A DNA stretch of 64,000 nt from an uncultured Gemmatimonadaceae bacterium (GCA_963817955.1 CAWFQK010000004.1:672001-736000); one strand, 5' to 3'; positions 11,609-21,974 are shown, numbered from the stretch's first letter. Translations and numbers: made by a program. The notes: a model not told the origin generated them from the letters alone.

Positions 11609-11628
11609 AAAGCTGTTCTGTCGGCCAC

Positions 11629-11739
11629 AGAGATCCTTCGCTCCGCTCAGGATGACAGGCCGTCGCTCAGGATGACAGGCCTCGGCAAGAGATCCTTCGC
11701 TCCGCTCGGGATGACAGGCCGTCGCTCGGGATGACCGGC
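11629..11739. repeat. REP-like tandem repeat (GAGATCCTTCGCTCCGCTCRGGATGAC), two ~59-bp units
   Basis: CGCTCRGGATGAC occurs four times; ATCC/GGAT internal hairpin; lies between convergent genes. Confidence 0.85.
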
Positions 11740-11759
11740 TTCGCCCCTCCCGTGTCTCC

Positions 11760-12686
11760 CTACCCGACCGCCCGTTCCGGTAACACTGTTCCTTCCGCCC
11801 AGCTCACCGGCTCTGCGACGACCACCGGATGAGCAACGGAGTGCAGTTCCTCGGCCCAGTCCGCAATCCGCCGCATGACGTCCAGTTGATCCGCCATCAC
11901 AGAAAACTGATGGTCGACGTCTGGCAGGAACTCCGCGCGAATGCGGTCGCCGATCCCGAACGGCGCCATCGTGTCGCGGAATTGATCAGCGTAATTGTAT
12001 TCGACCAACGCATCGCCCGAGTAGAGCAAGCGGATGTGAACGCCTCGGTCCAGTAGCCGGCTGAGACCCGCCGCAAACTCCGCCCGGGTGGGAATGAAAT
12101 TGACGACCCCAAGCCGCGGCACCGCTTGCGCCGAGGGAGCGCCGACGGCGGACGAACGAACCCAGGAACGACCTGCTCCAACGCCCCGTTTCAGGAAATT
12201 CACAACCCGGGACGCCAGCTGCGGCTCGCCGAGCGCCCGGGCGTAATAGATCAGATGCGTTTTGAGAGTTGGGAAACGGTACGCATCGAACATCAGCAAG
12301 CCGGCCACACGCTCGTCGCTGAGCGCTGTAGCGTATCCATGGTAGGCGCCGGAACAGATCCCAAAGATCGCGAACCGACTGATCCCTGCCGCGGCCCCGA
12401 GGGCGTCCATTGCGGCGCGGATATCGGCCATGGCCTGCGCCTCGAACGTGTTCTCACCTGTGAGCCTGGCACTGTCCCCGTGACCAGCGAGGTCGATGCG
12501 GATCGACGCGATCCCGCGCGCCGCGAGATAGCGGGCCACTCGCACGTTGATGCGATGGGGACCAACGCGGTGGATGATGCCGGCGTTCAACAGGACGAAC
12601 CCAGTCTCTGCCAGCCCGCTGTCTGGCAACGCGATAGTTCCGACGAGGCCCTCGTTCGGACCAAAGGCCAGGGAATGCTCTTTCAT
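11760..12686 (-). CDS. Alpha/beta hydrolase (exosortase-associated hydrolase-1-like)
   Basis: LNAGIIHRVGPHR, DLAGHGDS, GICSGA elbow, DH near C-terminus. Confidence 0.85.
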   Translation of the reverse strand: MKEHSLAFGPNEGLVGTIALPDSGLAETGFVLLNAGIIHRVGPHRINVRVARYLAARGIASIRIDLAGHGDSARLTGENTFEAQAMADIRAAMDALGAAAGISRFAIFGICSGAYHGYATALSDERVAGLLMFDAYRFPTLKTHLIYYARALGEPQLASRVVNFLKRGVGAGRSWVRSSAVGAPSAQAVPRLGVVNFIPTRAEFAAGLSRLLDRGVHIRLLYSGDALVEYNYADQFRDTMAPFGIGDRIRAEFLPDVDHQFSVMADQLDVMRRIADWAEELHSVAHPVVVAEPVSWAEGTVLPERAVG

Positions 12687-15550
12687 AGCTCCCCCTTGAT
12701 CTCCTCGAGCATGCTGCGAATGTCATCCGTCGGGACCGTGGAATCCGCCAGCATGTCATTGACGAGCCAGTTGATGTCGGATGCCGTCGTTCGCAGCGAT
12801 ACGTCGATCCCAGCTCGCTCCAAGTCCTGTCCCAACTTTGCCGTCTCACCGTCGGCGCGTCCCGTGAAGAGGCTGACCGCTGCTCCGCATTTCTCAAAGG
12901 ACCCCGCCGCCAGCTTGCCAAGTTGTTCTCTGAGCAACGGAGTCAATGGATGTCCGAGCGATTCAGTCCTGGCCTCCTCGATTGCACGTGCGGACAACTG
13001 GCCCTGCATCTCCCAGCGCCTTCCGTATTGCGCCTTCCGGGAGGCGACATGAGCGTTCGCTAATTCGTCGAGATACGCAGCCCCGTCAGTGATCGGCTCC
13101 CAGAGGACCAGCCGGTCCGGCGCACGATTCGCCCGCGCCGACGCCAAGGCGGCTAACGTCCCCCCGAGCTTCAATCCCAGCCACACGCTGCGCCGTGCGC
13201 CGCTGCGGCGCAGCAGCTCCTGGTGCGCCTGCAGGATATCCGACGTCCATCCGTCGATATCACCCAACGCATCGTCACCAGCGGAATCACCAGTTCCGAA
13301 GTAGTCGAATCGCAGCACGTGAAATCCGCTGGCCGCCAGGCGCTCGGCAAGAATCCTGAACACACGATGCGAGCGCACGGCTTCCTGGCCAAACGGATTG
13401 CAGAGGATGCAGCATGCCGACCCGTACTGCCCGCCAGCCGGCACGTGGTACAAGCCGACCATTTCCCGATCCGGCAAACCAAAACGAATCACGTTGACGT
13501 GCGACTCCGTGGTCGAGGACCGTGGAGTAGCCCGCGTAGTGCGGATAGGCACGGTGCGCGCGGCGGCGGTGCCGTTCGCCGTCGCCGACCGGTTGCCCTG
13601 GCGTGCGGGGTTCGCTTTCTCGAGAGCTGCAGCCAGCAGTGCGGTCGTGGAATTCTCGAATACGGTTTGCAACTCGAGCGCGACGCCGAACTGGGCCTCG
13701 ATCTGGGCGACGGCCGCGACCACCATGAGCGACGAAGCGCCCAGGTCGAAGAAGTCGTCATGCACCCCGACGTGATCGAGCTTCAGGAGCGCGCCCCAGA
13801 TCGTTGCCAGTCGCTTCTCCGTTTCGCTGCTCGGCGCAATGAACTCCTGCGTCCTCGATGCGTCATTGTAGTTCGGAACCGGCAACGCCCCGCGGTCCAC
13901 CTTTCCGTTCTGCGTGAGCGGGAATGCAGAGAGGAACATGAAATGGGACGGCACCATGTAGTCGGGCAGTCGTTCCCGTAAGAAGCGACGCATGTCGTCC
14001 GCTGACGGCGCGCTTCCATCGAGCGGAACGACATACGCGACCAGACGCTTGTTGCCGGGCGGCTGCTCGTGAACGAGCACCGTTGCCCCGCGTATGCCTG
14101 GCTGGCCGGCCAGCGTCGTTTCGATCTCACCAAGCTCGATCCGATACCCATGGATCTTGACCTGATTGTCGGCGCGACCCAGGTATTCGAGTATGCCGTT
14201 CGGGCGGTATCGCGCCAGGTCCCCCGTCTTGTAGAGACGTGCACCCACGCGTCCGGAAAACGAATCGGGCAGAAACCGTTCGCGCGTCAGCTCCGGACGG
14301 TTGAGATACCCGCGGGCCACGCCGGCACCGCCGATATAGAGCTCGCCCATCTCACCGATCGGCACGGGCTGGAGCGATTCATCCAACACATACAGCTCAG
14401 TGTTCGCGATCGGCCGTCCAATAGGTATGGAGCCGTTGGGCGGATCCTCGGGCCGTACCTCGTACACGCAGCATCCCACGACCGTCTCGGTCGGTCCGTA
14501 CTCGTTGATCAGACGTGTGGCCGGCGCCACGTCGCGCCAGAAGCGCAGACTCTCGGCGGTCAGATTCTCGCCGCCAATGATGAAAGCGCGCGTCATCCCT
14601 GGTGCGGCACGCGCTCCAATCCGTTGCGTGAGCAGCTCCAGGTGCGCGGGCGTAATCTTGACGAGCCCTCTCTGCCGACCGTCCTGCAGGGCCGCGATCA
14701 GACTCTGTGCGCCGACATCTTCGGGCAGCAGTTCCGCCCGTCCCCCGGCGAGCAGTGCGGGATACAGACTCGTGATGGTCAGGTCGAATGAGATCGAGGA
14801 GTGCACCGGCACGACGTCGCCGGCTCGAACGCCATAGGCACCAATCGCCCACCAGAGATAGTTGACCAGCCCATCGTGCTGAATCAACGCGCCCTTGGGC
14901 CGTCCCGTCGACCCGGACGTATAGATCACGTACGCGAGGTTGGTGGGCGTAGCCGCCGCAGAAAGGTTTGCGCGACTCTCCTGATCGATCGCGCCCCAAT
15001 GTGAATCCAAGCATATCAGCTTGTGCTTCACCTGTGGAAACAACGACTCGGCATTCGCGTCGGTCAGCAGGAGGTGCACGGCGGCATCTTCCACCATGAA
15101 GGCCAAGCGTTCCGCGGGGTACGTTGGATCGATTGGCACATAGGCCCCACCGGCCTTCCAGATGCCCAGCAGCGCAATCACCATCTGCGGCGAGCGGTGC
15201 ATCGACACGCCGACCAGTGTGTCAGGGCCGACGCCGCGGCGGCGCAAGTCGTGTGCGACCTGATTGGCGCGCTCATTGAGCTCGCGATACGTCAGCGATT
15301 GACTTCCGGATGTGACAGCGATCGCCAATGGCGCACGTGCCACCTGCTCCTCGAACAACTCGTGCGCGCACCGATGGGGGAATGGCGCGAGCGTCGCGTT
15401 CCACTCATCGATGACCCGATGGCGGTCCGCCTCGGTCAACGTAGCAGGAGGTGCACGGTACTCAGCACTCAGAGGATTCAGCTCCGTCTCCATCGCCGCT
15501 CTCACGTCAACGTGTCTTGAGCCATTCGAACGCAAATCCCGAACCATCAT
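12683..15550 (-). CDS. Stand-alone NRPS-like protein: adenylation - PCP - alpha/beta hydrolase domain
   Basis: YTSGSTGRPKG, NEYGPTE, YKTGD, NGKVDR; PCP FFDLGASSL; C-terminal PFGQE...RFDYFGTGDS...GLKLGG. Confidence 0.93.
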   Translation of the reverse strand: MMVRDLRSNGSRHVDVRAAMETELNPLSAEYRAPPATLTEADRHRVIDEWNATLAPFPHRCAHELFEEQVARAPLAIAVTSGSQSLTYRELNERANQVAHDLRRRGVGPDTLVGVSMHRSPQMVIALLGIWKAGGAYVPIDPTYPAERLAFMVEDAAVHLLLTDANAESLFPQVKHKLICLDSHWGAIDQESRANLSAAATPTNLAYVIYTSGSTGRPKGALIQHDGLVNYLWWAIGAYGVRAGDVVPVHSSISFDLTITSLYPALLAGGRAELLPEDVGAQSLIAALQDGRQRGLVKITPAHLELLTQRIGARAAPGMTRAFIIGGENLTAESLRFWRDVAPATRLINEYGPTETVVGCCVYEVRPEDPPNGSIPIGRPIANTELYVLDESLQPVPIGEMGELYIGGAGVARGYLNRPELTRERFLPDSFSGRVGARLYKTGDLARYRPNGILEYLGRADNQVKIHGYRIELGEIETTLAGQPGIRGATVLVHEQPPGNKRLVAYVVPLDGSAPSADDMRRFLRERLPDYMVPSHFMFLSAFPLTQNGKVDRGALPVPNYNDASRTQEFIAPSSETEKRLATIWGALLKLDHVGVHDDFFDLGASSLMVVAAVAQIEAQFGVALELQTVFENSTTALLAAALEKANPARQGNRSATANGTAAARTVPIRTTRATPRSSTTESHVNVIRFGLPDREMVGLYHVPAGGQYGSACCILCNPFGQEAVRSHRVFRILAERLAASGFHVLRFDYFGTGDSAGDDALGDIDGWTSDILQAHQELLRRSGARRSVWLGLKLGGTLAALASARANRAPDRLVLWEPITDGAAYLDELANAHVASRKAQYGRRWEMQGQLSARAIEEARTESLGHPLTPLLREQLGKLAAGSFEKCGAAVSLFTGRADGETAKLGQDLERAGIDVSLRTTASDINWLVNDMLADSTVPTDDIRSMLEEIKGEL

Positions 15551-15592
15551 TTGTCTACAATCGCGTCAACGATCTCTGATGTCAGCGGCCCA

Positions 15593-16768
15593 TCACAGCG
15601 ACCAGGCGATGAGCTCTTTCATGACTTCATTGGCGCCGGCATAGATGCGCTGCACGCGGCTGTCGGTCCACATGCGGGCAATTGGATACTCGGCCATGAA
15701 CCCATAGCCGCCGTGCAATTGCACGCACTCGTCGATGACCCGGCACTGCATGTCGGTAAGCCAGTATTTGGCCATCGCCGCGCTCGCGTCATCGAGATCG
15801 CCGTTCATGAACCGAACAATGCAATCGTCGACGAATACGCGGCCCACCCGGGCGCTGGTCGCGCACTCCGCCAACTTGAATCTCGTGTTCTGCAAGTCGA
15901 ACATCGGGTTGCCGAACAACGCCCGTTCCTTGGCATACCGGACGGTCGTTGCGACTGCCTCTTCGGCCATGGCAACCGCTCCCACGGCAATGGATAGCCG
16001 CTCGAAGGGCAGTTGCCGCATCATCTGCGTGAAGCCGCGGCCCTCAACGGTTCCGAGCAGATTGGCCGCGGGGACGCGCACGTTGTCAAAGAAGATCTCG
16101 CAGCTATCCAACCCGTGCATCCCGACTTTCTCCAGCGGCCGTCCAACGGAATACCCCGGCAAGTCCTTTGTCTCGACCATGATGAGCGAGATGGCCCGCA
16201 TTGCCACCGCGGCCGGATTGGTCTTCGCGGCCAGGCACACGAGTCCCGAGTGCCACGCGTTGGTGATGAACGTCTTGGAGCCGTTGATCACGTACGAATC
16301 GCCTTCGCGCCGCGCCGTGGTCTTGATCCCCGAGAGATCAGATCCAGCGCCCGGCTCCGTCATCGCGATTGCACCCACGAGCTCACCGCGCGCCATGGGC
16401 GGCAGCCACTTCTGCTGCTGGGCGTCGCTCCCGTATGCCGCGATGTAGTGGCCGACGATGTTCTGCACGCCGGAGCCGAAGTTGATGCCCGCGCGCGCTA
16501 ACTCCTCTTGTACGACGCACGCGTGAGCGAACGTGCCTCCTCCGCCAATCCCCAGCGGCAAGTCCGGAAGCAACAAGCCAAGGCAGCCCGCATTCAGCCA
16601 GTCTGACGGATCGGGATGGTGCTGCTGGCGCCAGCGATCCTGTTGCGGCTCGAATGTCTGCTCGATGAAGCCGCGCACGGCATCGCGGAACAGGCTGACA
16701 TCTTCCGTCTCCCAGGGGGACTGATAGGCGTTCGCCGGCCTGAGGCTCCGTTCAACGTCAACTGTCAT
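15593..16768 (-). CDS. Acyl-CoA dehydrogenase family protein
   Basis: AMTEPGAGSD, NGSKTFITN, QLHGGYG, IYAGANE. Confidence 0.95.
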   Translation of the reverse strand: MTVDVERSLRPANAYQSPWETEDVSLFRDAVRGFIEQTFEPQQDRWRQQHHPDPSDWLNAGCLGLLLPDLPLGIGGGGTFAHACVVQEELARAGINFGSGVQNIVGHYIAAYGSDAQQQKWLPPMARGELVGAIAMTEPGAGSDLSGIKTTARREGDSYVINGSKTFITNAWHSGLVCLAAKTNPAAVAMRAISLIMVETKDLPGYSVGRPLEKVGMHGLDSCEIFFDNVRVPAANLLGTVEGRGFTQMMRQLPFERLSIAVGAVAMAEEAVATTVRYAKERALFGNPMFDLQNTRFKLAECATSARVGRVFVDDCIVRFMNGDLDDASAAMAKYWLTDMQCRVIDECVQLHGGYGFMAEYPIARMWTDSRVQRIYAGANEVMKELIAWSL

Positions 16769-16878
16769 CCGAGAAGATGCTCCATCGCACTAGAGGATTT
16801 CGCTGGTCCTTCCCATCGTTTGGGGGATGCTGTGCATGGGTCATGCTCTTGGGTACGGCAAGAACTTCGGCCAGGTTG

Positions 16879-17670
16879 ATGTCGACAATTTCCATGTCCA
16901 GTTGGAATGAATGGACACTCGCAGAGACATGTACGACGGCAGCGTGTACGCTGCAGAGCGACAGCGCGCACGTGTGGCGAATGGTGCTATCGGCTGCCGC
17001 AGCAGAGCGTTGGGGGCCGCTGCTCAGTCACGATGAGACGACGCGAGCCTGCGCATTTCGAAGCGCCGAGGCCCAACGACGATTCATCGCGAGTCACGGG
17101 ATGCTGCGCGCTATCCTGGGGAGCTACCTCGGTGTTCCAGGCCACGATGTTGTCGTGACAACGCAACAGTGGGGCAAGCCGATCGTTGCGTCGCCACTAC
17201 ATCCCGAGATCCAGTTCAACATGTCGCATGCGGCAGACGTCGGCCTGGTGGCAATCGGAATCGGCCCTGGCGTGGGGGGGGGGGTGGGGGGGGGGGTGGG
17301 GGTCGACATCGAGAGCATCGAACATTCGCCGGACTGGAACGGGCTACTCGATCTCGCGCTCTCGCCCGACGAACGGATGCATGTGCTCTCGCTGCCGCCG
17401 GCAAACCGACAGGCGGCCTTTCTGACGTACTGGACGCAGAAGGAGGCGTACCTGAAAGGAATCGGAGTCGGGCTGAAGCCGCACCCCGGCGAATTGGCCG
17501 TCGTCTCCGGTCCGGACCGGTCGGCGCGCATTCAGACATCGGGCAGGATTGGCCCCGATGCGGACTGGATTGTCACTCCCCTTCCCGCGCCCATGGAGGG
17601 ATACGTCGCCGCGTTGGCCACCAATACTGTGGTCAGGGAAATAGTGCTGCGGGCCTGCTCAGCGGCGTAG
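16879..17670 (+). CDS. Sfp-type 4'-phosphopantetheinyl transferase
   Basis: WGKP, FNMSH, VGVDIE, WTQKEAYLKGIG. Confidence 0.92.
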   Translation: MSTISMSSWNEWTLAETCTTAACTLQSDSAHVWRMVLSAAAAERWGPLLSHDETTRACAFRSAEAQRRFIASHGMLRAILGSYLGVPGHDVVVTTQQWGKPIVASPLHPEIQFNMSHAADVGLVAIGIGPGVGGGVGGGVGVDIESIEHSPDWNGLLDLALSPDERMHVLSLPPANRQAAFLTYWTQKEAYLKGIGVGLKPHPGELAVVSGPDRSARIQTSGRIGPDADWIVTPLPAPMEGYVAALATNTVVREIVLRACSAA

Positions 17671-17780
17671 TACTGCTTCGTCAGTGATACCCGCGGATAA
17701 CCGCGGACGACTGCCGCGCAGTCGCGCGAATGATCGAGCGGGGGCAGGCGCAAGCGATCGGGACGACGGGTGACTGTGAT

Positions 17781-17962
17781 CAGTCATCAGTGCGTGGGTC
17801 GTCAGTCCTCAGTGACTGAGGACCCCGACAGCCCTCGATCGGGCGAAGAGACCCGCGACCATCCACCACCATAAAGAACGCGCGACCACGAAAGCCGGCC
17901 CGAGCGAGAACCCGTCGCCTCGCCGCGCGACTGATGACTGAGCACCGCTTACTGATGACTGA
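17781..17962. repeat. Short inverted repeats (CAGTCATCAGT / ACTGATGACTG) and palindrome GTCCTCAGTGACTGAGGAC
   Basis: Read directly from intergenic sequence. Confidence 0.65.
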
Positions 17963-18095
17963 AGACAGTCACCCGCCGCCCCGATCGCTTGACCTCGCGT
18001 GGCGTCGCCGGACCCAGCCGCAGAGGTTGGCGTCGTTACCGCCGCCAGCGCTGAACCTCGGACAAAGCAGTAATAGCGTCCGTGGAGCGTGGCTG

Positions 18096-18308
18096 TCAGC
18101 CTTCCTCATCTCCTGGCGACGGCTTGTGATGCTTGTTCCCGCGCAACTCGCGGAGCGCCGGGTTGGTGCCGGCCTTCGGAATCATTGGCTGCTCGTGAGG
18201 GTTCGACTGCAGTTCCTGCTTGTCCTCTTCGTGGATGTGTTCGTCATCGGTCCGCATCTTGTGGTCGGTTACGCTGACGTCGCGTTGAGGATTGACTTTG
18301 CCGCCCAT
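18096..18308 (-). CDS. Small hydrophilic hypothetical protein
   Basis: ATG after GAGG; 70 aa, charged. Confidence 0.5.
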   Translation of the reverse strand: MGGKVNPQRDVSVTDHKMRTDDEHIHEEDKQELQSNPHEQPMIPKAGTNPALRELRGNKHHKPSPGDEEG

Positions 18309-18559
18309 GGCTCGCCTCGGTCTGATGTAGGCTACGAGGACGGGTCACGAAACATGCCCGGGCGATGGAGCGGGAGTTGAGGTCGACGCGCCAGGCATAG
18401 CTCGCTACTGGCAACTCGAAACGCGCGGATCGGAGCAATGATCGGGAGGCGGGCGTTGGACTCCGGGCTCTATTCTGGCCGGATGTCGCTGGCTGCTCCG
18501 TAGCGGTCGGCCCACCGGTCGGCGAGGTTCGAGTTTCCAGTTGTGAGTTATGCGTTGTG

Positions 18560-18630
18560 AGTGTCTCGTGTCCCGTGCCCCGTGTCCCGTGTCCCGTGTC
18601 CCGTGTCCCCCGCCCGTGTCTCGTGTCCCC
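18560..18630. repeat. Heptamer tandem repeat (GTGTCCC)n; related degenerate tract at ~20427-20480
   Basis: About 8 imperfect units. Confidence 0.85.
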
Positions 18631-18702
18631 CGCCAGCGCGTGGATCTTGCGTTACGTCCATCACCGTGAGGGCTTACATCTGTTTGGTCGGGGAGAGCGC
18701 GA

Positions 18703-18894
18703 ATGGAATCAGTGACACCGCCCACGGGCGGCCGGAAGCGAGAGTCGATGGAAGCCGCCGACGTCGAACACGACGTTGTGGACGAGTCGTCGGAATCGAG
18801 CTTTCCGGCGAGCGATCCGCCGGCTTGGGAGCCGCTGCACATCGGAGTCCCGGATAAGCACCCCGATCAGTCAGCGCCGGATCAACTGACGTAG
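18703..18894 (+). CDS. Small acidic protein with SFPASDPP motif
   Basis: VDESSESSFPASDPPAW motif; GGAG upstream. Confidence 0.75.
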   Translation: MESVTPPTGGRKRESMEAADVEHDVVDESSESSFPASDPPAWEPLHIGVPDKHPDQSAPDQLT

Positions 18895-18951
18895 AGCCGC
18901 AACGCCAACGGTGCAATTGCGCGGGCGCGGCGAGCAGAGACGAGCCGGACA

Positions 18952-19521
18952 GTGACTCGCGCGGTCTTCACGATCGGCCATTCGACGCGGACCATCGCCG
19001 ACTTCGTTGCGTTGCTGCGCGGGTCCGACGTGGCGATGCTCATTGACGTACGCTCATTTCCACGCTCGCGTACCGCGCCGCAATTCAACCAGGACGTGCT
19101 GCCCGCCACGCTCGCGGCCGAGGGCATCATGTACCGGCATCTGCGCGCTCTCGGCGGACGGCGTCATCATCGCAAGGGTGCACCGCCATCGGCAAATACG
19201 CTCTGGCGCGTGCCGGCGTTCCGCCACTATGCGGACTACGCAGAGACTGCCGAGTTTCGTGCCGGTTTCGACACATTGCTCGCGCTCGCGCGCGCGCACC
19301 GGTGCGCGATCATGTGCGCCGAAGCGGTCTGGTGGCGCTGTCATCGCCGCATCATCACAGACTATCTGTTGGCTCGCGGTGTTCCTGTAGAGCACATCAT
19401 GGGTCCCGGCACGGTAACGCCGGCAACGCTCACGCCCGGCGTCGTCGTGCAGGCAGACGGCACGCTGCGCTATCCGGCGCCCGACGAGGCAGTGGCAATG
19501 GGAGGCGGCGAACTAACCTGA
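18952..19521 (+). CDS. DUF488 family protein
   Basis: FTIGHS, DVRSFPRS, LGGRR, IMCAEAVWWRCHRR. Confidence 0.92.
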   Translation: MTRAVFTIGHSTRTIADFVALLRGSDVAMLIDVRSFPRSRTAPQFNQDVLPATLAAEGIMYRHLRALGGRRHHRKGAPPSANTLWRVPAFRHYADYAETAEFRAGFDTLLALARAHRCAIMCAEAVWWRCHRRIITDYLLARGVPVEHIMGPGTVTPATLTPGVVVQADGTLRYPAPDEAVAMGGGELT

Positions 19522-19678
19522 GGATGAATCCGGCACGGCCGCCCAACGATCTTACGTAAGGAGAACCCTGACTAACGGAAAATCCCTGCCCGGAACATCT
19601 TCCCGCACGAGTCTTGGCGCGGCGAGTCAGAGCCGACATCGCCCCATCAGGCGCGCGTACCGCGGCGGAGGTATCTAC

Positions 19679-19942
19679 ATGATCTCTCAGCAGCGTAGTC
19701 TGGCCGAGCTTGATGCCGGCGAACAAGCGCAAATTCAAATGGTGCTCTTTGATTCCCTTCGCTCGAAGTTCGGAGCCGCTGGGCTCATCGAAGGCATCGC
19801 ACTGAAATGCGTCAGCCGCGACTCAGGCAAGCTCACTCTCGTCATGCCCTCAGGCGACCAGATCGACATCTCGCGCGAACATGCCCGTTTCGTCGAGGTG
19901 AGTACGCCTGCACGACTCAGCGCCCCAGAACGACGCCCCTGA
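19679..19942 (+). CDS. FeoA-like small protein
   Basis: SLAELDAGE...GLIEG...ISREHARFVEV pattern; GGAGG RBS. Confidence 0.6.
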   Translation: MISQQRSLAELDAGEQAQIQMVLFDSLRSKFGAAGLIEGIALKCVSRDSGKLTLVMPSGDQIDISREHARFVEVSTPARLSAPERRP

Positions 19943-20420
19943 GCGTCACCGCTTGCGCGCTCGCTACTGCTGCGCGCAGATCGTGGTCGGACCTATACCG
20001 GCGGCGTCCGAGCTGACGCGTCTGGATTGCGATCGGAATCTCGTCGCCGCCGAACAGGTCGGGCTCGACGATCACGCGTTCCTCATCGAGCGTGACACGC
20101 CATTCGCCCAATTGATTCAGATCGTCCGACCCGGTGCAGAACGCGAGCGAGATGAGGTCGCCCAGGCGCACGAAGGTGTAATCCAGCTGTAGCTCCTCGA
20201 GCGACGCAGCCGTCATCAGCACAAGCTCATCGCGCAGCTCGGCCATTCGAGTCAGGAAGGGCTGCCAGTCAGGATCATGCTCGGCGACAGCGAGGAGAAT
20301 CGTGTCTCGCCGCGGGTGATTCCGCAGACGAACGCAGTGTGCCATGATCGCGCCGGCAAGCCGTGCGTGGTCCGACTGCGTGATGAGCAGCAGAGCGTCA
20401 GCTGAGCGGCGAACGATCAT
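19917..20420 (-). pseudogene. DUF3891 family protein, apparently internally deleted
   Basis: LITQSDHARLAG...AEHD then an abrupt jump; C-terminal DLISLAFC. Confidence 0.6.
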
Positions 20421-20496
20421 GGGTGCGTGTCCGTTGTCTCGTGCCGCGTGACCCGTGTCACGTGTCCCCAGTCCCGTGAGAGACCCAGACAGCCGA

Positions 20497-21747
20497 TCAC
20501 GCGACGCGCCGGCCGCCAAGCGCCTCGCGCGCGAGGGCCGCGCATTCGGCGACGATCGTCGTCACGCCGAATTGCCGCGCGCCCATCCCCTCTCCCGTCG
20601 TGGGATTGAAGTATTCTCGAAAGCCTGAGCGCCGAACGAGGTGCGCCGTGCGATCGATGAGATGTGTGGCTTCGGCTTCGCAGCCGAGGCGAATGAGCCC
20701 GCGGAGAATGAACCACGTCGCGAACAGCCAGGTCGGACCGCGCCAGTAGCGTTCCATCCAGAGATAGCGTGTGTCGCCGGGGATGAAGCTCGGCTCCGTT
20801 GCGGCGGTGCTCGGAACCGGGTACCGGAGCCAGAAGCGTTCGGGATTCACCAAATGCTCATGAACCATTCTGCCCCCGATCTCGACGGGCAGGTTGGCGA
20901 TCGCCAGTGGCGCCAGGCCCGTCCACGTACTCACGCCGAGCTGTTCGCCATTGGGGCCCTGCGCGAAAAAGAATCCCGCCTTCGCATTGAATAGCCGTTC
21001 GACCAGCGCGTGCGTCAACTCCTCGGCCCGGCGCGCCGCGCCCGGGGCGCCAAGGCGCGCGAGCCCTTCCCAGCCGAGGATCCAGGCGGTGTTCACCAGG
21101 ACGTCCGTGGCGTGAAAGCCGCCGTCGGCAACGACGCGCCGATAGTTGTAGCCGCGCCGCCGGTTGAAGCGTTGGAGTGCGAGGAACCCCAGCTTCGGGT
21201 GGCTTCTCCAGCCGAGTGGCGCGTCGTACGTGGGGGACGCATCGAGCCCCGTTTCATCAGGTTGCAGAATTCCGATGAGGCCGTCAGCATCGGCGCGCTC
21301 GCGATCGAGATACTGGTGGAATCGCAGCAGCGCCGCGCGTCCCTCGTCGGCAAAGCTGGCATCGCCCGCGCGCTCGGCGACCTCGGCCCAGACCCACGCG
21401 AGCAGCGGCGGCTGAATGGTTGCCGTCTGGAACGCGTGACGATCGAGCATGTTGTACGTGAACGCGCGCATCAGCCGACAGGGCCCATGCCAGAAGGTGG
21501 TGTGCCCGATCAGACCCGATTGTTGTTGCGCTGCTGCGAGCGTCCGCAGCTCTCGCATGGCGCGACGAGCGTCGAACCGACTCCACGCGAGCGCATGGAA
21601 GCACGAGTCCCAGAAGAACTGGTCGGGATACTTGCTCGAGTCCGGACACGTGTAGCCGAACTCGACGCCGCGATCAGTGCGGCCCTCGCGCCAATTGCGC
21701 TCGAGCACAGACCTGGCGCCAGCGAATACTTCGGAATAGCGGTCCAC
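20497..21747 (-). CDS. MGH1/GH63-like (alpha/alpha)6 glycoside hydrolase (start uncertain)
   Basis: YPDQFFWDSCFH, IQPP, ETGLDASP, YWRGPTW, GFREYFNP. Confidence 0.88.
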   Translation of the reverse strand: MDRYSEVFAGARSVLERNWREGRTDRGVEFGYTCPDSSKYPDQFFWDSCFHALAWSRFDARRAMRELRTLAAAQQQSGLIGHTTFWHGPCRLMRAFTYNMLDRHAFQTATIQPPLLAWVWAEVAERAGDASFADEGRAALLRFHQYLDRERADADGLIGILQPDETGLDASPTYDAPLGWRSHPKLGFLALQRFNRRRGYNYRRVVADGGFHATDVLVNTAWILGWEGLARLGAPGAARRAEELTHALVERLFNAKAGFFFAQGPNGEQLGVSTWTGLAPLAIANLPVEIGGRMVHEHLVNPERFWLRYPVPSTAATEPSFIPGDTRYLWMERYWRGPTWLFATWFILRGLIRLGCEAEATHLIDRTAHLVRRSGFREYFNPTTGEGMGARQFGVTTIVAECAALAREALGGRRVA

Positions 21748-21974
21748 AGTGACGACGACCCGACTCGGACGCCGATCAGAAAAGCATGGATCGGGCCGCT
21801 CGTGGATGAAGCGACGAAACGCCCGGAGCGTTCTTCGCCGGGTTTGCTCGTCGCGATCTGTGACGCGCGCGATCGATCTGTGCACGCCGCTGTTGTAACC
21901 CTGCTGTAAGGCGCGGGAGCTACTGTGCAATTTGTCCCAACTCGCCCCAGGGTCCACGCCGATCCATCTGCTCG

